Origin: Chamaesiphon sp.
GTDB taxonomy: Bacteria; Cyanobacteriota; Cyanobacteriia; Cyanobacteriales; Chamaesiphonaceae
Direction of reading: 5' to 3'
Assembly: GCA_965246715.1 (NCBI GenBank)
Contig: CBDFFH010000051.1
Location: forward strand, 128,001 to 192,000
Length of the DNA: 64,000 nucleotides
Shown here: piece after piece, positions 20,713-30,790 of the stretch
Position numbering within the stretch: position 1 is the first letter of the stretch
Layout of the letters: every line of letters begins with the position of its first letter
Notes under the pieces: generated by a model
What the model saw: only the letters and a program-made list of their open reading frames with translations
The model's database searches: none
Told to the model about the DNA's origin: nothing
Made by a program: the position numbers and the translations under genes

Positions 20713-22172
20713 GATAGCCAGCGCGGATGCCAACCAGATAAGGGTAGGCGTTCTGCTTGCACGGGAGTTGTCAGTTCGCGAATATTCGCGGGAATCGGTA
20801 CCAACCACAAAATGCCATTACTCCCACCGCGAACGAGGCGATCGACATTATCACCATTTTCTACTTGGTCGAACATTATGGCTTTGCCATCTGGCGATAA
20901 GCTCATCTGAAGTCCCTGTTGGTTCGGGAGATTTATGAGCATGACGATTTTTTTAGTATCGATATCGATCGCTGTTAGATATGGCTCTTCATAGCTATTA
21001 TTACCCTGAGTTTTGAGTTCGGTTGCCAAGCAGTAAATCAGCTTTTTATCTGGCGAAAATCTGGCATCCCAAATCGAGCCATTCGTCTTAAATATTTGCT
21101 CCTCAATACCATCATTCTTTACGACAAATAATGATTTGGTATAGTCGCTATTGTATTCAACCATGGCAGCGGCACTCCCATCGTTTGCAAAGCTAAGTAC
21201 GTTACCAAATTTGGGTAAGAAATCGAGATTGCTACCCACGTCAGGAACGAGTGGAAAAATCGATACGCCTTGTCCGACAGCCGCCGCAACTTCATTACTA
21301 TCGGGCGTAATTACGAAATCACCACTTTGTTTGAGTTTCGTCGGGGGAGCAGATTTGTCGAGCGGCACTACCCACAGCGCAAAATCACCAGGACGCTTGC
21401 GGCTAACGCGTTGCACGACAATTTTACTGCCATCGGGTGCGAGGTCGAATTTGACATTTTGGTATTCTTGATTATTAAGAATGAGTTCGACATTTCCTGG
21501 TGGCTCGTATTGCCAATCTTTGGTTGAATTATGTGGGGCGATGCCAGTAGTAACACTATAAATTTGTTGACTGGCGATCGCGGGTTGTTTGTTTTCGAGT
21601 GTTTGAATATCTGTCGCCGAAAATAAGATTTTTTGACTATGACGATCGACTTTAAAATCGGTAACAACTAAATTGTCTGGTGTGAGTGTTAACGGTTGAT
21701 GGGTTTGAAAGTTATAAATGACGATCCTACTCCGATCGATCTGACTACTGCCGATATATGCAAACATCCGATCGGGTGTCCGAAATTGCCCGCGAAAGGG
21801 GACGATCTCTTTCCCTCTATTAGTGCCAATCGCCTCTCTCGCGCCTTGTAAATCTACGGTATAAGTATTTCCATAGGGAGCTGGGTTGGTCAGTGTATAA
21901 GCCATTTTGGAACCCGCCCAACTCGTTTTTCCAGTGAGTGGAGGAGCGATTTTAAGTTGCTGCTCCACGGTGGTACGATCGATCGGACGGTTGAATGTCA
22001 GCGTAAAGGCGGTATCGTCGGCACTAATTTGGCGATTTTGCCAATTAAAGTCGCGAACTTGCGGTAAGGTGCGATCGCCAATCAGTAATAAAATCAGCGT
22101 GAAGATCGCGATCCCAGCCATAAATGTCATGGCAATGCGATCGAGTGGAAGTAGAGAGTTTGGGGATTTCAC
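20709..22172 (-). CDS. Membrane-anchored Ig-like (Big_5-type) plus beta-propeller protein
   Basis: N-terminal TM, FTLTFNRPID Ig-like segment, repeated xxSPDG TolB-like blades. Confidence 0.65.
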   Translation of the reverse strand: MKSPNSLLPLDRIAMTFMAGIAIFTLILLLIGDRTLPQVRDFNWQNRQISADDTAFTLTFNRPIDRTTVEQQLKIAPPLTGKTSWAGSKMAYTLTNPAPYGNTYTVDLQGAREAIGTNRGKEIVPFRGQFRTPDRMFAYIGSSQIDRSRIVIYNFQTHQPLTLTPDNLVVTDFKVDRHSQKILFSATDIQTLENKQPAIASQQIYSVTTGIAPHNSTKDWQYEPPGNVELILNNQEYQNVKFDLAPDGSKIVVQRVSRKRPGDFALWVVPLDKSAPPTKLKQSGDFVITPDSNEVAAAVGQGVSIFPLVPDVGSNLDFLPKFGNVLSFANDGSAAAMVEYNSDYTKSLFVVKNDGIEEQIFKTNGSIWDARFSPDKKLIYCLATELKTQGNNSYEEPYLTAIDIDTKKIVMLINLPNQQGLQMSLSPDGKAIMFDQVENGDNVDRLVRGGSNGILWLVPIPANIRELTTPVQAERLPLSGWHPRWLS

Positions 22173-22224
22173 GATATCTTCTTACAAAGCGGCTGCAAAT
22201 TTACCTAGTCCAGACGATCGAGAT

Positions 22225-22989
22225 CTAATCTTGATAAGGATTTTTAGGTGCTTTTATCGGTTGGAGTTCGCTGGCAGCGATGACTAATTGACGATCTTTA
22301 CCAAAAGTCTCGACAATCATTTTACCCTTGACTTGGAGCCAACTGTCCGGGGGATAAGTCTGCCGATCTCCGGTAAACTTGACGGGAAGGGCGATGGGAT
22401 AAGCATCAGCGGCACAGCAAGTAATCACGAATCTCGACAGCATCAGGTAGTTGGTAGGCAATTCGGGACGGTAGACGACAAACCCATTGATATTCACTTT
22501 TTGACCCAGATATGCATCTGGTTCGGGATAAGTATCGATCGTGCGCTTCCAATCTACGAGGGTTTTAGATTCGGGCTTGACATTGGTACGAAAAGCTTGT
22601 GTTTTGCTACGAGTCACAGTTACAGCTTCTGCCGAGACCCCTCGTTGTACGGCAGCCTGGCTATTGAATAGTTTAGGTGTAATAATCAGTCCGACGATCG
22701 CGGTGCCCAGTAGTAATAAGGTCGTTAGGCCTTGAGGCAGCAAGCTAATGTGTTGCAGTGCTGGAGTGGCGCTCTTGCGTCGCCATATTCGCCAGCTTTG
22801 CAGGATGCCGATGAGTACCAAACACCCACCAGTGACAGTTACGAGCACATAGTAACTGGGGTGAATGAGGATGTATAAGGTACCATCGATCGCGTATTTG
22901 AGTAATAAAATTCCCCAGGCAGTTATCGCCGCAATATCTAACCACGACTTCCACAAACCGGAACGAGAATTGGGAGGTTTAGCTGACAT
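22225..22989 (-). CDS. TIGR03943/DUF1980 putative permease subunit
   Basis: YILIHP, YPEPDAYLGQKV, SRFVITCCAADA motif. Confidence 0.85.
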   Translation of the reverse strand: MSAKPPNSRSGLWKSWLDIAAITAWGILLLKYAIDGTLYILIHPSYYVLVTVTGGCLVLIGILQSWRIWRRKSATPALQHISLLPQGLTTLLLLGTAIVGLIITPKLFNSQAAVQRGVSAEAVTVTRSKTQAFRTNVKPESKTLVDWKRTIDTYPEPDAYLGQKVNINGFVVYRPELPTNYLMLSRFVITCCAADAYPIALPVKFTGDRQTYPPDSWLQVKGKMIVETFGKDRQLVIAASELQPIKAPKNPYQD

Positions 22990-23968
22990 TGAAGTTTACA
23001 AATAGAGTAAAAAGAAAAGTTAATTGCGTTGCGATCGCAAAGATGTAGAAGATTGCCTTGGGTTTGAAAATCGATAACATCAACCCGATACTCTTGAGGT
23101 CGAACATCGGCCCGAACACGAGAAAGGCTAATAACGAACCGCTGGTAAATGTCGCAGCAAATGAGAGGGCAAAAAAAGAATCGACAGTCGAGCAAATCGA
23201 GATCGAGCCAGCTAGCAGCATCATCACGACGATCGAAATAATCGGCCCTTGACCCAAGCTCACGATTAATTCGCGTGGTGTCAGCGTTTGAATCGCAGCG
23301 GCTACGGCACTACCCAATACTAACACTCCCCCTAATTCGCGTAGCTCTTGCACGACATTATCGAGTAGTAAGTTAAAATTCTCGCGGAGCGATTTTTTGG
23401 GAATCTGGATCGCAGCAGGAGTCAGTCGTTGAGCTGCGGCACCGCCACTACCAAGCATAAAGTCGCCACCATCGAGGAGGCTATCGTTACCGAATTTAGG
23501 TGTCGCTCTGAGCGTCCCTAAAGCGATCGCTGGTTGTAAAATCGGTTTGAGGTCTGTTTGAGTACTAAAAATCCACCCGATAATCGTAGCGATCGTCAGC
23601 GAAAAAATTACCCGGAGGACGACGATTTCCGGTCGATCGTGAAAAGCAATCCAGGTAGACCAAATCACGATCGGATTGACTGTCGGTGCAGCTAGTAAAA
23701 ATCCGATCGCTACCGGCATCGGAACACCTTGCAGTATCAACCGTCTTGCCACTGGTACGTTACCACACTCGCATACTGGAAATAAAAATCCCACACAGCT
23801 ACCGACAAATGCCCCCAAAATCGGATTTTTGGGCATATTGGCAATCAGCCAACGTTCGTCAATAAAAATCAACAGGACGCTGGATAATAATACTCCGAGG
23901 AGCAAGAACGGAATTGCTTCTACCAATAAGCTCAGGAAGAGGGTAAATGCGTTATTTAGCTGTTCCAT
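22979..23968 (-). CDS. DUF318/ArsP-family permease
   Basis: FPVCECGNVPVARR, SICSTVDSF, GPMFDLK. Confidence 0.85.
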   Translation of the reverse strand: MEQLNNAFTLFLSLLVEAIPFLLLGVLLSSVLLIFIDERWLIANMPKNPILGAFVGSCVGFLFPVCECGNVPVARRLILQGVPMPVAIGFLLAAPTVNPIVIWSTWIAFHDRPEIVVLRVIFSLTIATIIGWIFSTQTDLKPILQPAIALGTLRATPKFGNDSLLDGGDFMLGSGGAAAQRLTPAAIQIPKKSLRENFNLLLDNVVQELRELGGVLVLGSAVAAAIQTLTPRELIVSLGQGPIISIVVMMLLAGSISICSTVDSFFALSFAATFTSGSLLAFLVFGPMFDLKSIGLMLSIFKPKAIFYIFAIATQLTFLFTLFVNFNVS

Positions 23969-24018
23969 CTAGAAAGGAGTAGGGGTTATGGGTTTGTGAT
24001 TAGCGATCGGGAAATAAA

Positions 24019-24651
24019 CTATTTGTTTCCCTTGTCGCTGCTGTCTTCGTCATCTTGCCTGTTGCCATCCTTCAGATACAATTCGATCAGTCCAGACGGG
24101 GGAAGGATTTCAATCCGGCGATTGGAGAGATCGACGACAGGCACGATGGCTTTGACGAAGGGAATCATCACTTCAGCGGTTTTACCCTCGCCATTAGGTG
24201 CCTCAACTACCAGAATCTCATGTCCAGCGGTAAAAATATCCACAACAATGCCAATCTGCGTCCCCGTGACTTGATGAAAAACGGGTAAATCGATCAAATC
24301 TTGACTATGATACTCTTCCGATGCCAATCTCGGTCGATCGGTTATCGGGACTAGCAACATTTGTCCGCGTAGATTTTCGGCTTGCGTGCGATCGCTAATG
24401 CCAGCTAATTGCACTACGTACAAGCCGCGTCCAGGGATCTCATAACCCTTTTGCAGTTGGATCGATCGCGGTGCTGGATCGTGACTTCCCCACAACCAGC
24501 GTTCTCCCGCCCGCTCGAATCGTTCGGGAAAATCGGAGTTGGGATAAACTTTGACTTCGCCTTTAATCCCTTGTGCGCCGACGATCGAACCAATTTCCAT
24601 CCAGCCATCAGGCGGTACTAAGGGTGCGGATTTAGACGGGATGTTAGTCAT
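24019..24651 (-). CDS. rimM: Ribosome maturation factor RimM
   Basis: IGSIVGAQGIKGEVKV, SDFPERF, IPFVKAIVPVVD, PPSGL. Confidence 0.92.
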   Translation of the reverse strand: MTNIPSKSAPLVPPDGWMEIGSIVGAQGIKGEVKVYPNSDFPERFERAGERWLWGSHDPAPRSIQLQKGYEIPGRGLYVVQLAGISDRTQAENLRGQMLLVPITDRPRLASEEYHSQDLIDLPVFHQVTGTQIGIVVDIFTAGHEILVVEAPNGEGKTAEVMIPFVKAIVPVVDLSNRRIEILPPSGLIELYLKDGNRQDDEDSSDKGNK

Positions 24652-24915
24652 GGCTGCGGCAGTAGTGAAAGGAGTTTAATCTTATATATTAAACCGCAAT
24701 CCTCGATCGAGACACAACTATCGGCGGCGGGTGACTGAAGTCGTGCCTAGCTAACCGAAATCCAGCCCGTCGAGCACATAAATTGCCTCTTGACAATTAA
24801 AATAATTGCTATGCGGACTGAATTTCCTAGTTCGCGTCTTGAAAAAGTGCGATATTTGCAACAATCTCAGCGGTTTTACCGCTGAGATTGTTGGTAGCAA
24901 CTTGGGTTAGTTTAC

Positions 24916-25923
24916 CTAATCCATATCCTGCAAAATATTGGCAGCGATGAGCGCTAATATTCCCAGCCCAACCGTTCCCCATTTAGCAAGCGGATGAACA
25001 TCGAACCAATCTAAGAAACTCGGAATCGTCTTATCGGTAAAGTCTCCAGTCGTCTTATCGTAACCCTCGATCGGTTCGAAGAGATTATTCGGGTCGCTAG
25101 CTGATTTGACTGTAGTGGTACGTTGAAATGGCACTGCGATCGCACCTACAAGTGTATCTACCAAGTCGGGAGCGATCTTCTGGAGCAAGTCGATAACCCG
25201 CCCGACATCACCAACAATTATGTCGCGGGTAGGATGTTCTGCAGCGTGCAAAATTGCTTTAGCAACCAGACTGGGTTGATAGTAAGGTGGTACTCCGGTC
25301 GGTTTGACACCTAGCTTTGTCATTGCTTTGTTATAGAAAGGGGTGTTGATGACAGAAGGCAGGATATTGGTAATGCTAATCGGGACACCTTCATATCTCA
25401 ACTCTGCACGCAATGCATCGAGAAAGCCCTCCACACCGTGTTTAGATGCAGAGTAAGAGGTTTGCAGTGGCATCGAGCGACGAGCTTCAACTGACGAAAT
25501 AGCGATAAAAGCGCCCCGTCCTGTGCGGCGCAGGTGCGGCAATGCTACCATCGCCCCATAAACTTGCCCCATCAGATTCACATCAATTACCCGCTTGAAC
25601 TCCTCAGGAGTTACCTGCTCGAAGGGGGAAATAACCGCAGTTGCTGCGGCATGTACCCAAGTATCCAATCGTCCGTAACGTTCGATCGCACTGTTAGCAA
25701 TAGTCTGTACCTGCTCTAATACTGCCACATCAGCCGGAACTGCGATTGATTCTGCTCCTAACTGAGTAATTTCATCAACTAATGATGCTAACCCCGATTT
25801 GCTCCGGGCAGAGACCACTAACTTTGCCTGTTGCTTGGCAAACTGGAGTGCTGTTTCTCGGCCAATTCCGCTAGATGCGCCCACAACAACAACAACTTGT
25901 TGTTCGATCGGTTTGAGTTTCAT
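24916..25923 (-). CDS. SDR-family oxidoreductase
   Basis: VGASSGIG, YSASK catalytic motif. Confidence 0.9.
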   Translation of the reverse strand: MKLKPIEQQVVVVVGASSGIGRETALQFAKQQAKLVVSARSKSGLASLVDEITQLGAESIAVPADVAVLEQVQTIANSAIERYGRLDTWVHAAATAVISPFEQVTPEEFKRVIDVNLMGQVYGAMVALPHLRRTGRGAFIAISSVEARRSMPLQTSYSASKHGVEGFLDALRAELRYEGVPISITNILPSVINTPFYNKAMTKLGVKPTGVPPYYQPSLVAKAILHAAEHPTRDIIVGDVGRVIDLLQKIAPDLVDTLVGAIAVPFQRTTTVKSASDPNNLFEPIEGYDKTTGDFTDKTIPSFLDWFDVHPLAKWGTVGLGILALIAANILQDMD

Positions 25924-26160
25924 TTGGAGTTAGTTACACTTTCTTTGCCTTGGTATGCTAACAATTCAACTTCCGAGCGCCATCTCTCGCTAGAGAGAGA
26001 TTAACGATCTTTGTTAATGTCCGTGAGATAACTCAACATTCTAGTGCAAGATATTCGATCGGGTTAGATCGTGAGATTTTTATCCAATCGCATAAAAATT
26101 AGGGGATTTTTCCTGAAAAACAATCGAGTATAATGTAAACAATTGACGAGATAGAATCTT

Positions 26161-26826
26161 ATGGCTTATCCATCAGCACCTTGGCAGCTTCAAGGTTACG
26201 CCATTCAAACTTTACATTTGGTCGAGATCGATCGGATTCGAGCGCTAATACCACCTCAACTAGAAATAGTAGCCGTCTTGCCCGGAAAAACACTCGGCAG
26301 TATTTATGTTTCAGAGTATCAGTCAGGCTCCGTACTGACATATAATGAGTTAATTGTCGCACCGGCTCTAGTCAGAAATCATCGCAAAGTAGGTGGTTGG
26401 ATTTCACATATCTATGTCGATAATCTTGATTCGGTAGCAGGAGGGCAAGAAATTTGGGGCTTACCAAAAGAGATGGCTGAATTTACTCGATCGGATCGTC
26501 AAATTGTTATCAGCCAGCAAGATCTCACTTTATGCAATCTGAGTGTTTCCCCTAATATATTCAGCAGTCTGAAATTACAACCACAAATAACGGGCTATTG
26601 CTTTGGCAATCTTAATGGGGAGTTACTATACTTTGGCAATAATTTTAAAGCAAAAATTAGCTCGATCGATAGTAAATTAAAAATTCCTCAAACCAGTCCA
26701 TTTGCTCATCTAAATTTATCACCAGCATTCCTCACGATCGATCTTCAGGAGTTAAAATTAGTAGCTGGAATTCCAGCACATACCGGTATTCAGCTGTTAA
26801 AGCATCAGTTGCACCGAGCAAACTAA
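26161..26826 (+). CDS. Acetoacetate decarboxylase-family protein
   Basis: YPSAPWQLQG, YNELIV, IYVD..SVAGGQEIWGLPKEMAEF. Confidence 0.8.
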   Translation: MAYPSAPWQLQGYAIQTLHLVEIDRIRALIPPQLEIVAVLPGKTLGSIYVSEYQSGSVLTYNELIVAPALVRNHRKVGGWISHIYVDNLDSVAGGQEIWGLPKEMAEFTRSDRQIVISQQDLTLCNLSVSPNIFSSLKLQPQITGYCFGNLNGELLYFGNNFKAKISSIDSKLKIPQTSPFAHLNLSPAFLTIDLQELKLVAGIPAHTGIQLLKHQLHRAN

Positions 26827-27070
26827 CTTGAGTAATTAAACCATTGAGTCCAATGGTACCCAATACGCTTCGGTTAGCCACCGATTAAAATCGGGGCTAA
26901 TGATGCAAAGTCCGCCTATGCGGACTAAAACTCAACCAAATATTCCTTTAACCGAACCGTATTGCAATGGCACCAATCAAAGAAACATTTTTGCCACGTT
27001 GATGTGGGCGAGAGCCTCTGGCTCTTGATCCCTTTGGCGAACGAGCAGATGACCTCATAAAAGCTAGATT
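26795..27070 (-). pseudogene. IS630-family (DDE_3) transposase fragment interrupted by a MITE
   Basis: Minus strand reads NLAFMRSSARSPKGSRARGSRPHQRGKNVSLIGAI, then the MITE, then GTIGLNGLITQVSLLGATDALT. Confidence 0.72.
26861..26964. mobile_element. MITE related to the 8114 family
   Basis: caatacgcttcggtta / taaccgaaccgtattg; 10-bp TSD caatggtacc / caatggcacc (1 mismatch). Confidence 0.8.
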
Positions 27071-27397
27071 AAATTAATTTTACCTGAAACTCGCTCTTAG
27101 TTATAATCGAATTCGTAATAAATGTAATAAATTACTAAATACTATTCGTTGGCATCGCCTACACTAGGTAATCGCCAGTTCAATTTATTTCCGCTAAAAA
27201 TTATCAGATTTTGATGCGTTCACCCGGATGACTCATTGAAACTAAAATTGTAACGACAGCAGCCCGCGATCGAAAAGATCTCAGATGGTTTCTAAATAGC
27301 AGCGATTTCAATCACCAAGCCATTAGCTCGGCCTTCCTGGGTACAATATTAGAGATGTAGTGTAACCCAAACCATCGGCTGACTATCTTCTCTAATA

Positions 27398-29716
27398 ATG
27401 AATGCTGATACTGCAATAGCTTGGATCGATCGATTGGTAGTAGTGGAGACTGGCAAGCATCTTAACGATCTCCAGATTTTTACGATCGAGCAAATTTGGC
27501 TGGGCAAAAAGTATATCGAGATTGCTGAAGAGTATCACTGTACCGAAGGACACGTCAAGGATATCGCAGCCGCCTTGTGGCAATTATTATCCCAACTCTT
27601 GGGCGAGCGCGTCACTAAAACCAATCTCAAATCGCTGTTACAGCGCCATGCAGCCCCAGTAACATCGCCGCCGAGGATCATTCCCAATTACCAGTTTATC
27701 GGGCGAGAAGCCGCGATCGCCAGACTAGATGAGTTAATCCAGCAGGGACAACATACGATCGTGATTCAGGGCGAAGGCGGGATCGGGAAAACGACACTCG
27801 CCCAAAAGTATTTAAAAACCTGTGGCTGCGATCTTATCCTCGAGTTATCGATGGCAAAAGAGACAACGCAAATCGCCCCTGCGGAAGTTGTAGTCGAGGA
27901 ATGGCTCCAACAAGATTTACAGATCGAACCGGGACGAGAATTTAGCGTCACATTATTACGCCTAAAACGTCAATTAAGTACGCGCAAAATTGGTGTTCTG
28001 ATTGATAATTTAGAGCCAGCTTTAGATCGCGATGGGCGGATCGTTGCGAGTCAGCGTAATTACATCGAATTATTTCGAATTTTAACCGATCGCCAGTTAC
28101 CAGGAGTCACCTTAATTACCAGTCGAGATCGACTGTGTGAAGTAGATCTCAATCTCGCTCACTATCGCTTATCAGGTTTGAATTTAGATGCTTGGCAAAC
28201 TTATTTTAAGTATCGACAAATTGCTACTACTGAATTAGAAATTGCCCCATTTCACCAAGCTTATGGTGGTAATGCGAAAGCAATGGAAATTATTGCTGGT
28301 AATATCTACGCCGATTTCGATGGCGATCTCAGGGCATATTTACGATCGGCAGACAAATCGCCGTTAGTAGAAACTGGATTGCAACAGCTAATTGTCGATC
28401 GATTCGATCGATTGCAACAACTCGATCTCGATGCATATAATTTACTTTGTCGTGCGGGGTGTTATCGCTATCAGGAGATCGATCGGGTTGAGGCTACTGC
28501 ATTATCTTGTCTATTGTGGGATGTCGCAGATTCACAAAGAACGCGAGTAATTAACTCGCTTAAAAACCGCTCTCTGATTGAATATCATCGCGGCAAATAC
28601 TGGCTGCATCCCGCGATGCGATCGGAAGCAATCGCCAGATTGCGGACTACAGATTGGACACAAACTCATCGCCAAGCGGCTGAATACTGGAGTAATACAA
28701 TTACCGAAATTACCGATCTGCATACTGCAATTACCGCATTAGAAGCTTATTATCATTATCTAGAAATCGGCGAGCTTCAGCAAGCTGTAGAAGTATTACT
28801 CAAGCCACTCCGCAATCAATGGGGACAATTTTTACCACTGGCGAGCAATCTCTACCGCATGGGTGCGATCCAACCTGCTTTAACCGCGATCGTCCAAATT
28901 ATCCCATCATTACAACCGAGTCGCAGTACCGCAGAATTGTACAATATCTTAGGCGATCTCTATTGGATTATTGGTAAAGTCCGCGATGCGATCGAGGCTC
29001 AACAATATACAATCGATTACACGAATCAAGTTTTATTAAAAGTAGCAGATACCGATGCATCTCATGATACTCACTGTCTGAGAATATTAAATATCGATTC
29101 GCTTTTAAGTATGGGACTATATCAGATCGATCTCTGGGAATTAGGTGCGGCTAGTAACCTGTTTGAACGAGTTATTGATGCTGCTTGTAAGCTCGATCTC
29201 GATCGATGGGTACGCAAAGCGAGTATTTGTTTGGCTTTAGTATGCTCCGATTTCGGAAATACGGATCGAGCCAGAGAATTATTACGATCGATCGAGTCGA
29301 TCGATAGTTCTCAAAAATCGACTGGTAGCAATGCTTATTTCCTCCAAATCATCGGACAGACTTATACTAATTTAGACGAATTCGATCGCGCTTTGGCAAT
29401 TTATCAACAAACATTAATTTTCTGTCAAACTGGTAACTACCTCCAAATTCAAGGTAGAACGCTCAATGGCTTGGCACAACTGTATCGTCAGCAAGGAGAT
29501 TTACAATTGGCTCAAGCGACTCATTTGCAATCGATCGAAATTCTCGATCGACTCGGTGCCAAATGCGATCTTGCTGAAGCTTATTATCAAGCGGGATTGA
29601 CATGGCAACAAGCAGGCGATCTTAGCCAAAGTCAGATCTATATCGATCTCCACGCCCAAAAACTTTTTACTCAAATCAATGCTCCCCGCCAATTAGACAA
29701 GATAAGGTTTGTTTAA
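27398..29716 (+). CDS. STAND-class NTPase: N-terminal HTH + NB-ARC + TPR
   Basis: HLNDLQ...YIEIAEEY HTH, FIGRE, GEGGIGKTTLA Walker A, VLIDNLE Walker B, ITSR, C-terminal TPRs. Confidence 0.8.
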   Translation: MNADTAIAWIDRLVVVETGKHLNDLQIFTIEQIWLGKKYIEIAEEYHCTEGHVKDIAAALWQLLSQLLGERVTKTNLKSLLQRHAAPVTSPPRIIPNYQFIGREAAIARLDELIQQGQHTIVIQGEGGIGKTTLAQKYLKTCGCDLILELSMAKETTQIAPAEVVVEEWLQQDLQIEPGREFSVTLLRLKRQLSTRKIGVLIDNLEPALDRDGRIVASQRNYIELFRILTDRQLPGVTLITSRDRLCEVDLNLAHYRLSGLNLDAWQTYFKYRQIATTELEIAPFHQAYGGNAKAMEIIAGNIYADFDGDLRAYLRSADKSPLVETGLQQLIVDRFDRLQQLDLDAYNLLCRAGCYRYQEIDRVEATALSCLLWDVADSQRTRVINSLKNRSLIEYHRGKYWLHPAMRSEAIARLRTTDWTQTHRQAAEYWSNTITEITDLHTAITALEAYYHYLEIGELQQAVEVLLKPLRNQWGQFLPLASNLYRMGAIQPALTAIVQIIPSLQPSRSTAELYNILGDLYWIIGKVRDAIEAQQYTIDYTNQVLLKVADTDASHDTHCLRILNIDSLLSMGLYQIDLWELGAASNLFERVIDAACKLDLDRWVRKASICLALVCSDFGNTDRARELLRSIESIDSSQKSTGSNAYFLQIIGQTYTNLDEFDRALAIYQQTLIFCQTGNYLQIQGRTLNGLAQLYRQQGDLQLAQATHLQSIEILDRLGAKCDLAEAYYQAGLTWQQAGDLSQSQIYIDLHAQKLFTQINAPRQLDKIRFV

Positions 29717-29922
29717 CCTTCGCATTAGCTGGCAGCTACACGCCATGATTGCTGCGAATTGACACCATGAATTGTAAGTTTAATTTCTCCAATTGTTGTT
29801 AAGCTCTTTCTCTGTGATGGTGTGATAATTGCTAGGATCGTTCGCTTAAATGCATCGAGCACTTCTAACTTCTGGAAATATCTTTTGATAATGAATTTAT
29901 AATAAATAGACAAATGCGATCG

Positions 29923-30696
29923 CTAGTAAAGCTTCGAGCCGCAACGTTTGCAAAAACTCGCATCTAGCTCATGCTTGGATAACTGACAATTTTTACAAAT
30001 AGTTGAGATTTTATTACTACCTTTAGCAATTTGCTCGATTAGATCTTTCAATTGCCAGGGAATGAGTGCGATCCCAGTTAATATCATCAAAACTGTCATT
30101 AATTTCCCGGCATCTGACGTAGGCGTAACGTCGCCAAATCCTACTGTTGTCATCGTCACGACGGCAAAATAGACAGCATCAAAGAAGGTGCCAAAATTCT
30201 TTGGATTTACCGTGTGTTCTACTTGATAAATCAAGCCAGAATAAATAAAGATAATTGAGAAGATTGTAAATAAAATGCGCGTAACGATCGAACTACCTTC
30301 CCGATCGAGATTACCGAATAAAGGTTTCCCTTCAATAAATCTCAACAACCGGAGGATGCGGAACCAGCGGAGAATCCGAATGAAGCTAATATCTGTTACC
30401 CCAGTCAATACGGGAAGAATCGTAATGAGATCGATTAGCGAATAAAAACTAAATATATATTTAAGCTTGTCTGGTGCCGCGATCGCTCTAATTAAATATT
30501 CAACTGTAAATATTGCTAAAATGATGAAGTCTATCTTGAAGAGGATCGCGCGGATATCTGCTGCTAGTGGATAAGTTTCAGCAACAAAGATACCTGTAGA
30601 AATCAAGACTAGCCCAGTGATCGATAAATTAACTATTCTACCGATCGGGTGTTCGATATCTTCTAGGTAAAATGCAATTTTATCTGCAAGGATCAT
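29923..30696 (-). CDS. Voltage-gated-type potassium channel (ion transporter)
   Basis: Arg-rich S4 IRILRWFRILRLLR; TMTTVGFGD selectivity filter; C-terminal CxxC/FCxxCG. Confidence 0.88.
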   Translation of the reverse strand: MILADKIAFYLEDIEHPIGRIVNLSITGLVLISTGIFVAETYPLAADIRAILFKIDFIILAIFTVEYLIRAIAAPDKLKYIFSFYSLIDLITILPVLTGVTDISFIRILRWFRILRLLRFIEGKPLFGNLDREGSSIVTRILFTIFSIIFIYSGLIYQVEHTVNPKNFGTFFDAVYFAVVTMTTVGFGDVTPTSDAGKLMTVLMILTGIALIPWQLKDLIEQIAKGSNKISTICKNCQLSKHELDASFCKRCGSKLY

Positions 30697-30790
30697 AGAA
30701 AAAGTTTAGTAATATCGCTAAGTTCGATCCGTTATAATTATCTTAAAGAGCTTCAGCTACAGCATAACAGAGTCTAATGTAGGTGAATTT

